This document shows, piece after piece, positions 46,743 through 54,706 of a stretch of 64,000 nt of DNA (its first letter is position 1; each line of letters starts with the position of its first letter). The notes beneath the pieces were generated by a model, which was given only the letters and a program-made list of their open reading frames with translations, ran no database searches and was not told the origin of the DNA. Source of the stretch: Pirellulales bacterium (GTDB taxonomy: Bacteria > Planctomycetota > Planctomycetia > Pirellulales > JBFWUW01); assembly GCA_050247075.1 (NCBI GenBank), contig JBFWUW010000006.1:37492-101491 (forward strand). The letters run 5' to 3'. Position numbers and translations under genes: made by a program.

Positions 46743-47617
46743 CCGTCGAACTCTTATCCCATCAAAATGACATGGCTGGCCGCTTTCGCAATTATCGCTT
46801 GCCTAATGGGGTGGAAATTGCCCATTTCAGCAAAGCCGACACCGATCTGGTCTATCACGAGATTTTCGTCGAGGATGTCTACCGCCAGCATGGCGTTACC
46901 ATCGGCTCGGGCGACGTGATTGTGGATGTGGGTGCCAACGTCGGCTTGTTCGCCTTGTTTGTGAGCCAGATTTGTGACCAAGCCACGGTGGTATCGTGCG
47001 AGCCGGTACCGGCGATCTTTCGCGTCTTGATGGAAAACGCCGCCCGGCACAGCCAGATCGATCTAAGGTTGGTCAATGCGGGGCTGTCGCGGGCACCCGG
47101 CACGGTGGAGTTCTCCTACTACCCCAGGCTGTCATGCGCGTCAACCATGTATCCCGATGACTCGCCGGAAGAGCGTGAAAGGTCCACGGAATACGTACTC
47201 CAGCAGTTCAAGGAACTCCCCAGCAAGCCCCTAAAGGCCGCCATAGGCCTGATGCCAAGGCCTGCCCGCCACGCCTTGGCCAGGCTGGTGCGTCGCCATT
47301 ACACGCGCCGGCGCAAGGTTCTTTGCCGTCTGACGACGCTTTCGGATCTGATCGTGGAACAGCGACTGGAGAGAGTCGACATGCTTAAGCTGGATGCCGA
47401 GCGCAGCGAACTGGATGTCTTGTCCGGCATTCGCGATGAGCACTGGCCGCTGATTCGTCAAGCCGTGGTGGAAGCGCACGACCCGCCCGCCTCCGCCGCG
47501 CTGGAGCGAGTTCTGTCCTCGCGCGGCCTTCAAGTGACGGTAGAGCAAAATCCGCACTTTCCACATATCGCCATGCTGTATGCCACGCGAAAGCCGGACG
47601 AATCGCGGGCGGGTTAA
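46739..47617 (+). CDS. FkbM-family methyltransferase
   Basis: The track ORF 46667..47617 is trimmed to the ATG at 46739, which overlaps the upstream TGA (ATGA). Contains VIVDVGANVGLFALFVS, GTVEFSYY, MLKLDAERSELDVL. Confidence 0.78.
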   Translation: MTVELLSHQNDMAGRFRNYRLPNGVEIAHFSKADTDLVYHEIFVEDVYRQHGVTIGSGDVIVDVGANVGLFALFVSQICDQATVVSCEPVPAIFRVLMENAARHSQIDLRLVNAGLSRAPGTVEFSYYPRLSCASTMYPDDSPEERERSTEYVLQQFKELPSKPLKAAIGLMPRPARHALARLVRRHYTRRRKVLCRLTTLSDLIVEQRLERVDMLKLDAERSELDVLSGIRDEHWPLIRQAVVEAHDPPASAALERVLSSRGLQVTVEQNPHFPHIAMLYATRKPDESRAG

Positions 47618-47626
47618 GCTGCCCGC

Positions 47627-48364
47627 CTATTGCTCAACCTCGATCAGCTTCCGATCCGGATCTTTCTTGTGCCCACGCCCGGCGGGCCAGAAAAGGCGTC
47701 CCAAGAGTTTTCCACCGGCGTAATCTGGTGCGCGATAGAGTTCTTCGACGCTCTCCTCCGGAAAGGGGCAAATGTCACTGCGTACGAAGAAGGCGTTAAT
47801 GCCTCGGCTTTCGCAATAGGCCAGCGTATACCCCTTGCGCCGGCTAAGCCGCGCGAGCGCCAGCAGGCTGGCTCCAAAGTAGTCGGTGCCTCCCCAAGAG
47901 AAACTGGGGTCGTATTCGATCGTCCTGCTTTGAGTGGGGGGAACGGAGGCATTGTACTCCATGACCAGCACGCGAGGCCGATAGCGCGCATCAAGGGCTT
48001 TCCAAACCCAATAGTCGTTGCCATCAATGTCGATGGACAACAAATCGAACTCGTCTGGCACCTGGTGCCTGGCGAACACCTCGTTGATGCTCTCCGCGGT
48101 GATGTTCTCTTGGCGGATAAAGGGATGGTTCGGCTCAACGGCACAATCCATCAACAGCCCGGTCCAACCGTCTTGCTCGCGCAGGCGGCGCGTATTGCAT
48201 TGCCTGGCACCCGGACCCACGCCAAACTCGACACAAAACCGATTGGTGGTGCCAAGCACCTCAAACAAACGGTCAAGGACTCCATCCTCGCCGTTTTGCG
48301 AATAGGTGCGAGATTCGTGCTGCTTCGCCACGAATGGTGAAAGCGCCGCTTGCCCTCGGTCCAT
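47627..48364 (-). CDS. FkbM-like / SAM-methyltransferase-like protein (YSQNGEDG motif family)
   Basis: The track ORF 47627..48382 (TTG start) is trimmed to the ATG at 48364 (MDRGQAAL...). Contains YSQNGEDGVLDRLFEVLG..NRFCVEFGVG, LLSIDIDGNDYWVW. The family assignment is from memory only. Confidence 0.5.
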   Translation of the reverse strand: MDRGQAALSPFVAKQHESRTYSQNGEDGVLDRLFEVLGTTNRFCVEFGVGPGARQCNTRRLREQDGWTGLLMDCAVEPNHPFIRQENITAESINEVFARHQVPDEFDLLSIDIDGNDYWVWKALDARYRPRVLVMEYNASVPPTQSRTIEYDPSFSWGGTDYFGASLLALARLSRRKGYTLAYCESRGINAFFVRSDICPFPEESVEELYRAPDYAGGKLLGRLFWPAGRGHKKDPDRKLIEVEQ

Positions 48365-48520
48365 GCTAATCCCCTTCAACAATGCCGCGTTCCGCTAGGC
48401 TGTTCAAGAACTTACGAAATACACCCGTTGATTCCGCATTCTACGATAGATGATTGAAACGGTTCCATGCGAACATCGAGGCGTTAGAAGCGCTTGAAGC
48501 TTTGGATTGTCTTCTCGCCA

Positions 48521-49291
48521 TCATGCTCGTCGCAACACGAATACCGGCTGCGCGTATTGGCCGGCCGGCTGGTCGAACAGCGCCTCCTCAAACCCAAACG
48601 AGGCAACTTGTTCCCAGCCTCCCAGTAATTGCGGCAACCGCTGGCGACCATAGATACGGTGCGCATTCCAGACCAGCGCGTCGCGGCCCACGGGAACAGC
48701 CAAGAACAAGAGTCCATCCGGCTTGAGCAGCTCGCGCATGTCTTGCATGGCCCGCAAGTCGCCGCGTGGGTTGATGGGATCGCCGTAGCGTCCCAGGCCA
48801 TCGTGTTCAATCGACGAGATCGACAGTGCCGCGTCAAACTGGGTTGGCTGCCGCGCGAATTCCGCGGGCGTTACCACGTTCAGGCCCGGGATGCGGCAAT
48901 CGACATCGCGGTATTCGATCGTCGTCACACGGCCTCCATATTCCGTGCAGACGCACTCGTACCACGGCATCTCCGACCCGACGATCACCACGTTGCGCCC
49001 GCGTATGGGAAATTTTTCCAGGGCCGAATACACAAATGAATCGGTTGCTCCATAGTAGTGCCGCTTGCGGGCCCGCACGCGCGCCGGATTCCATCCCAGG
49101 GAGCGCTCCGTCCAGCGCAAGGGGTGGGTCTTGATATCGTTGACGTAGAGTTGCAACCGGGGAACCTGCCCGTCCTGCGTGAATTCGGCCTCCATTTCAG
49201 TGGGCACTTCCCGCGGCGGGAATTTTCCCGAACGCCAGCCGTTGAGCAGGCTATTTAGCTTGAGGTAGAGAAGCGTGGGGGAATTGAGCAT
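48521..49291 (-). CDS. DUF268-family putative methyltransferase
   Basis: The track ORF 48521..49300 (GTG start) is trimmed to the ATG at 49291. Contains VVIVGSEMPWYECVC...FDAALSISSIEHDGLGRYGDPINPRGDLRAM...GLLFLAVPVG.DALVWNAHRIYG, which matches my recollection of Pfam DUF268. Confidence 0.6.
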   Translation of the reverse strand: MLNSPTLLYLKLNSLLNGWRSGKFPPREVPTEMEAEFTQDGQVPRLQLYVNDIKTHPLRWTERSLGWNPARVRARKRHYYGATDSFVYSALEKFPIRGRNVVIVGSEMPWYECVCTEYGGRVTTIEYRDVDCRIPGLNVVTPAEFARQPTQFDAALSISSIEHDGLGRYGDPINPRGDLRAMQDMRELLKPDGLLFLAVPVGRDALVWNAHRIYGRQRLPQLLGGWEQVASFGFEEALFDQPAGQYAQPVFVLRRA

Positions 49292-49370
49292 GGCGCACAC
49301 ATGAAATGTCGATCACCAACCGGCCAGGGCTATCAGCGGTTAGGTGGCTATTTCGAGCCAAAGGCCGTGG

Positions 49371-50981
49371 TTAAATCTTGGCGGGCACCGGGTTGCGGCC
49401 GCCCACATCCGAGGTTTGCAGTAATGGCGGCAACAGGGCAGTCCTGGGGAAAAGCGACCGATAGAGGGATCGTGTTAAGTCCTCGGCGACTGGCTGGCCT
49501 TGCCAACTCAGGGCCCGCTGAAAACGGCCATACGCATTTGACTGCTCCTCTTGCGCCAAATTTGCCAGTTCTGGACAAGGCAGACTTGCCACATGAACGC
49601 AATTCTTGGCCAGTCCCTCGGACAAACTAACGGGGTGCCCATTGGATAAGGCGATGGTCCAACTGCCGCCGCCAGCGCCTGCCACATTCAGGCCAATAGC
49701 CTGCGTCCGATTGTCGAGGCCATTCGTACCGTTGCCATTTGCGGAATTTCCGTTCTTGCCATTGCCGTTTCCATTGGTTGCGTGGCCGTTGGCGCGGTGT
49801 ACCTGGTTTGTATCCACCAGCGTGCTGCGTAAGTACTCGCCCGCCCAAAAGGAGACTTCGACCTTTTTTGCCTTGCGCTTGCCCCAGCGGTCGGCCTCGC
49901 CAAATTCCAGGTAGCGGTGCAAGGCGGCCTGGTCAATCCGAGGGCAGGGAAGGTCGGCACAGAAACGGATCAAGTTCGTGGTATCAAAAGTTGGGTCGGT
50001 GTGATCGTAAGACTCGTAGGCCACCATGCGGTCGTAGACGCCCCGCTCAAAGTCGTTCATCAGTGAACGGTCTTTTTCGCCAGGCCCGCAATACTCCACA
50101 CCGTATGAGTTGAAATACTTGTAGGCAGCGTCGATGATCTGCCGCGGCGTGATGGGATCGACCGGAGCTAGGTGATAGGTGCCGCCGTGGGCAGTCGGCG
50201 TCAAGAACAGCCGACTCAGAACCTGCCCCACCCAATCGACCGGCACGATATTGCGAGGCTCGTCGCCCGACATGTGCAGCCGGATTGGCGTATGCCGCGC
50301 GCCATTGGCATCGGGATCTTGCCCACGAACCAGCACCGACATCATCTTCAAATACAAATACAGGCCATGATACGTGTTGGTGTATCCGGTGCGCGAATCC
50401 CCCGCGATCACCGCAGGGCGGTAGACGGTTCGCTGATCCAGGAAATCGGCCTCGCGGACCAGCTTTTCGGCCAGGAACTTGCAATGCTCGTAATCGTTGC
50501 GAAACGCCTGCCCGCAATCGAGTTCGTCCTCGTAAATCGTCCCCTGGCGCTGCCCGCAAACGTAGGCGGTGGAAACATAGTGTAGACGGGGCAACCGCAG
50601 GCCGTGGCAAAGCTCCAACACATGGCGGGTGCCGTCTAGATTGGTGGTCCAGGGCTCTTCGCGGCGGTCGCTGCCGTTGAAGACTAGCGAGGCGGCATTA
50701 TGAATGACCTGGTCGCAGTGCCCGGCCACCCACCGCCGGTCGGCCTGGCTTAGGCCCAAACCTTCTTGCTGCACATCGCCGGCCAGGCAGACGGGCCGCG
50801 GCAGTTCCATGGCCAACTCGCGTTCCCAGTGCTGCAGAATGGCCTCGCTCCGCTCGTAAACATTCTCGCGCTCGGAGGGGCGAATGACCAGCGCTAGCCG
50901 CTCACCTTCCAGCAACAAGTCGCGGACAAGATAGCGGCCAACCAGCCCCGTAGCCCCGGTCAATAGAATGTACGAATCCAC
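49371..50981 (-). CDS. Thioester-reductase / fatty-acyl-CoA-reductase-type SDR (NAD_binding_4) with an Asn/Gly-rich linker and an SCP2-like C-terminal domain
   Basis: 536 aa, GTG start. Contains ILLTGATGLVGRYL, HNAASL, YVSTAYV, and YEHCK (YxxxK). The linker is NGHATNGNGNGKNGNSANGNGTNG (DNA 49719..49790). The tail IGLNVAGAGGGSWTIALSNGHPV... resembles SCP2. Confidence 0.75.
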   Translation of the reverse strand: MDSYILLTGATGLVGRYLVRDLLLEGERLALVIRPSERENVYERSEAILQHWERELAMELPRPVCLAGDVQQEGLGLSQADRRWVAGHCDQVIHNAASLVFNGSDRREEPWTTNLDGTRHVLELCHGLRLPRLHYVSTAYVCGQRQGTIYEDELDCGQAFRNDYEHCKFLAEKLVREADFLDQRTVYRPAVIAGDSRTGYTNTYHGLYLYLKMMSVLVRGQDPDANGARHTPIRLHMSGDEPRNIVPVDWVGQVLSRLFLTPTAHGGTYHLAPVDPITPRQIIDAAYKYFNSYGVEYCGPGEKDRSLMNDFERGVYDRMVAYESYDHTDPTFDTTNLIRFCADLPCPRIDQAALHRYLEFGEADRWGKRKAKKVEVSFWAGEYLRSTLVDTNQVHRANGHATNGNGNGKNGNSANGNGTNGLDNRTQAIGLNVAGAGGGSWTIALSNGHPVSLSEGLAKNCVHVASLPCPELANLAQEEQSNAYGRFQRALSWQGQPVAEDLTRSLYRSLFPRTALLPPLLQTSDVGGRNPVPAKI

Positions 50982-51226
50982 GCGGCTTCTCTCCCAATAT
51001 CCATGCCGATAGGGCGTTTAACGCCCACCCCCAAACGGGGACGCAAAAGGGACATGATAAGAGAGGGTAAATGAAATGACAAGAACAAAACGGTAATCTG
51101 GGATATATAAGTGGAATTGATCGACTGCATGGCTAACGCAGCGCGCAATCTCATGTAGACGACAGTCAATATCTCTTTACCAGAAAACATGTTGCGTCTG
51201 ATTAATGAGCCCTGTTTGCCAAGCCG

Positions 51227-52474
51227 TCACTTCGCGGAAGAATAGACATGCACGTCGTAAGGCTTGAACTGGTCAATAAGCTTGCCATTTTTGACCTGTA
51301 CGGTGCGATCCTCGAACAGAACGGTGAGTTTGGCATCTTTCCAGGCTGACGGAAGAATTAGCTTGAACTGCCCTGCGGTGGGTGACGCGTTGATGGCCAA
51401 TGCATATAGGCGGTCGCCCGATTGTCTGGTGGAGACAGTGATGGCATTGGAGCCATCGGCAGGGGCCACGGAAACCGCAGTCGCCGGGTCGGCTTCGCGG
51501 AGCACGAATATCTTGGATGCCTGTTCCAGTTCCTTGAAGAACGGCCTGTGTTCCTTCCAAAACTTGCCGTTCAGCTCCAGGCACCGCTGAAACTCTCGCT
51601 CACGCACCGTGGGGTCTTCGGCCTGCGACCACAGAGCCGCGGCGCTGTTGGGCTTGGTGCAGCGGTATTGGCCGTAATACAGCAGGCCCTTGGCACCGTG
51701 CAGGACCGCCTGATATGCCATGAAGCGGCTTTCGGCCACCGTGGGATAGCCCCGCTCGCCGTACTTCAAAGGATCCCACGACCAGGCTTGCAGAACCAAC
51801 ATGCGGGGCTTGTCGCCGTGGGCTTCCCTCAATCGTTCCAGGTAGTCCCGCATCTGGGTGATGTCTTTGTTGGGCAACCGGCCGTAGCCCTTTTCTCGTG
51901 GAATTGGGTACAGATCGGTCATCACGATGTCCCCTAAGTCCTTCCACGACTCGAACCGGTCGGCGGCCCCCGGCCAATGGCAAACCAGAATCGGGTGATG
52001 GGGATCCTCGCGACGGACCAGGGCTTGGCCTCGGCGAGCCTGATCGACTGGCACCTGATTGAGGATTGGCTCGTCCTGAAACTCCCACATCAGCAAGCTG
52101 GGATGGTCGCGGTAGGTTCGCAACTGCTCGACAACCCGGCCTTCACCGGCATCGTCGGTAATGGCGAAACCATCCACGCCGCGATACCAGACCATTAAGC
52201 CGTTGTCGTGGGCCAAGTCCAATTCTTGTTTCCAGTCGGGGGAGTTCCAGCGGTAATACCCCATCGTATTGAACCCGGCCTCGCGCAACTCCTTCATGCC
52301 TTGGCCCGTTGGATCGTCCAATTCCTCCTGGCAGTAGTACAAGCCGATGGGAAAAAACGGTTCGCCGCGCACGAGAATGGTCTGGTCATCACGAAACGTC
52401 ACCCCCTGTGGCGGATCGGCCAGACAGGGAGCCGCCGACAGCAGGAAGGCGAACAAGATGAGGAATAGTTTCAT
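51227..52474 (-). CDS. Secreted TIM-barrel glycoside hydrolase-like protein (clan GH-A-like)
   Basis: The track ORF 51227..52546 is trimmed to MKLFLILFAFLLSAAPCLA at 52474. Contains FFPIGLYY, AGFNTMGYY, SLLMWEFQDEP (candidate acid/base Glu). The GH family is not assignable by eye. Confidence 0.5.
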   Translation of the reverse strand: MKLFLILFAFLLSAAPCLADPPQGVTFRDDQTILVRGEPFFPIGLYYCQEELDDPTGQGMKELREAGFNTMGYYRWNSPDWKQELDLAHDNGLMVWYRGVDGFAITDDAGEGRVVEQLRTYRDHPSLLMWEFQDEPILNQVPVDQARRGQALVRREDPHHPILVCHWPGAADRFESWKDLGDIVMTDLYPIPREKGYGRLPNKDITQMRDYLERLREAHGDKPRMLVLQAWSWDPLKYGERGYPTVAESRFMAYQAVLHGAKGLLYYGQYRCTKPNSAAALWSQAEDPTVREREFQRCLELNGKFWKEHRPFFKELEQASKIFVLREADPATAVSVAPADGSNAITVSTRQSGDRLYALAINASPTAGQFKLILPSAWKDAKLTVLFEDRTVQVKNGKLIDQFKPYDVHVYSSAK

Positions 52475-52718
52475 CAAAGCGGTATAGCCGTCAGCGGAGA
52501 AGCCATCAGCAATCCGCTTTGCGCACAAGATAAGGAATCGGTTCATGGAAGTATCAGCTAAAGGAATGGATCACCCGAGGGTTTTCTCTGTGGGACATAA
52601 TAACTGCTACCTCGGGGCGATGCGGGACCCGTTCCAACCTATTCACCGGCTCGGCAGCCTTCCTATCTACCGACAACTGGACCACTTTATCTCGGCAGCG
52701 GTGATCAATGGACCCTTG

Positions 52719-52815
52719 TAGGCTCTGCCCGCATAGGCACGCGCTGCCCAATTCTTAGGCAAGGCTCTGCCCTCGGCCCGCTAGCAGCGAGAGCGGGCGG
52801 CAAGATTCATCCGCC
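52719..52815 (+). promoter_or_regulatory. Candidate nas-operon leader/operator: three TAGGC-Nx-CTGCCC repeats plus two overlapping hairpins
   Basis: The repeat stretch reads gTAGGCtCTGCCCgcaTAGGCacgcgCTGCCCaattctTAGGCaaggctCTGCCC (52719..52772). The hairpins are GCCCGCT-agcagcgag-AGCGGGC and GGCGG-caagattcat-CCGCC, which share bases. The site is 150-245 nt upstream of the ATG at 52964. Confidence 0.25.
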
Positions 52816-52963
52816 GCATGTCTATTGTACATAGCGAATTAAAGAGGTTTCGGGCCGGTCAGTTGGAGGCTGTGAGCGGTATCGGCGCAGTACTTGCGTC
52901 GCCCGCCTCAAGGAACGGGGTACGCAAAGCACGGATGAATCGCCGCACGAGCCCTTATTACGT

Positions 52964-54706
52964 ATGTCCATTGCCCCCGCGATTGAGCCGACGGCCGCCC
53001 AAGAGCAGCCAGAAATAGCACGGCCTCTCGATTTGTTGGGCGAACTGCTGGCCGCGCAGCAATCGACCGCGGTCGAAAAATTCTCCCGTTGGCATGGTGC
53101 CAGTACCCATGAAACTCCCGCCGAGCCGTTGCAGGCCCGCTACTACCGCGACTTGATTCCACTCTCGCTGCCTAAGGCAGGCGAGCAATTCGCATTTGAA
53201 GTTGATCTGGATGGTTGTTCGGGCTGCAAGGCCTGTGTGGTCGCCTGCCATAATCTCAACGGACTGGAAGAGAGCGAGATGTGGCGCTCGGTCGGGCTGC
53301 TGCATGGCGGTTCCAGCGAACTGCCAGTCTTGCAGCACGTCACCACGGCCTGCCACCACTGCTTGGAGCCGGCCTGCCTGGATGGCTGTCCGGTCAATGC
53401 ATATGAGAAAGATTGCGTTACGGGCATCGTGCGGCATCTCGATGACCAATGTATCGGCTGCCAGTATTGCGTGCTGAAGTGCCCCTACGATGTTCCCAAA
53501 TACAGTGCTTCCAAGGGGATCGTCCGAAAGTGCGACATGTGTAGCGACCGTCTGGCGGTGGGCGAAGCCCCGGCCTGCGTGCAAGCTTGTCCTAACCAGG
53601 CGATCCGTATTACGGTCGTCAGCAAGCATGCGGCTGCGGAAAACGCCGAAGCAAACCTCTTCTTGCCCGGCGCGCCGGAACCCGGCTATACCCTGCCGAC
53701 AACCGTTTACAAGACAGCCCGGCCGCTGCCCGGCAACATGTTGCCGGCTGATTACTACTCGGCCTCGCCGCAACACGCGCATTGGCCGCTGGTGGTAATG
53801 CTGGTGCTGACGCAGATGTCGGTGGGGGCGTTTCTGGTCGATCAGATCGTAAGTGGCGTGTCTTTAGCCGCGGGGCTGGAAGCGGTCCCCGCTGAACGCA
53901 GCGTGCAACTGGCGGCAGCCTTTCTATTAGGCATGTTAGGGCTGGCCGCGGCAACGCTGCACTTGGGCCGGCCCCTGCTGGCATATCGGGCCATCATCGG
54001 CTGGCGAACCAGTTGGCTCAGCCGCGAAGTGCTGGCCTTTGGCGCATTCGCCGCGGCAGCCACGGCCTACGCGGCGATGCCCTGGCTGGAGGCCGCCGGA
54101 TTGCCCATTTCGGCCACCTGGGAACGCATCGCCGGTGCTACGGTTGCGGTGACGGGGCTGGCGGGCGTGGCCTGTTCCACCATGATCTACGCCAGCACGC
54201 GCCGCGCCTTTTGGAACCCAGCGTATACCGGCATCAAATTCTTGCTGACCTGCCTGGTGCTGGGAATTCCGGTTTCGCTATTGATGCGGTTGGGAGTCGC
54301 CGTCTGGTCGGCACGACCGTCGGGCGATTGGCAATGGCCTGCGCATACGAACGAACTCGTGCAGTGCCTGCTGGCCGCGGTGGCCGCCAAGCTGATGTTG
54401 GAAGGGGCTGTCTTTAGCTGGCTGCGGGCGCGTACCTTCACTCCGCTACGGCGCACCGCGATCTTAATGAGTGGATCCTTAGGCGGCGCCACATCGGCCC
54501 GGTTTATCGTGGGTACCGTCGGCGGGCTGCTGGTACCAGCGGTGCTGCTGGCTTGGATGGCACAGCCTGAAGCGGTGCAGAGCGTGCTAGTACTGGCCGC
54601 GGCCTTGTCGGTGTTGGCCCTGAACTTTGTGGGCGAACTGTTGGAACGATACTTGTTCTTTGCCGCCGTAGTGGCTCCCAAAATGCCGGGAGCACCCACC
54701 GCATGA
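52964..54706 (+). CDS. Fused DmsB-like 4x[4Fe-4S] ferredoxin and DmsC/NrfD-like polytopic membrane anchor
   Basis: 580 aa. Cys clusters are [41 protein letters not shown]...CVQACP. About 8 hydrophobic helices follow. No twin-arginine signal is visible. Confidence 0.8.
   Translation: MSIAPAIEPTAAQEQPEIARPLDLLGELLAAQQSTAVEKFSRWHGASTHETPAEPLQARYYRDLIPLSLPKAGEQFAFEVDLDGCSGCKACVVACHNLNGLEESEMWRSVGLLHGGSSELPVLQHVTTACHHCLEPACLDGCPVNAYEKDCVTGIVRHLDDQCIGCQYCVLKCPYDVPKYSASKGIVRKCDMCSDRLAVGEAPACVQACPNQAIRITVVSKHAAAENAEANLFLPGAPEPGYTLPTTVYKTARPLPGNMLPADYYSASPQHAHWPLVVMLVLTQMSVGAFLVDQIVSGVSLAAGLEAVPAERSVQLAAAFLLGMLGLAAATLHLGRPLLAYRAIIGWRTSWLSREVLAFGAFAAAATAYAAMPWLEAAGLPISATWERIAGATVAVTGLAGVACSTMIYASTRRAFWNPAYTGIKFLLTCLVLGIPVSLLMRLGVAVWSARPSGDWQWPAHTNELVQCLLAAVAAKLMLEGAVFSWLRARTFTPLRRTAILMSGSLGGATSARFIVGTVGGLLVPAVLLAWMAQPEAVQSVLVLAAALSVLALNFVGELLERYLFFAAVVAPKMPGAPTA

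Noticed and set aside
39622-51226. Small ORFs in and around the candidate biosynthetic locus that might encode an acyl or peptidyl carrier protein or a RiPP precursor.
   Set aside because: All listed small ORFs there overlap larger genes in other frames and are Arg-rich. None shows a carrier-protein-like (D/G)xDS(L/I) helix pattern or a plausible leader/core peptide. The absence is provisional, because unlisted ORFs under 60 aa were not examined exhaustively.
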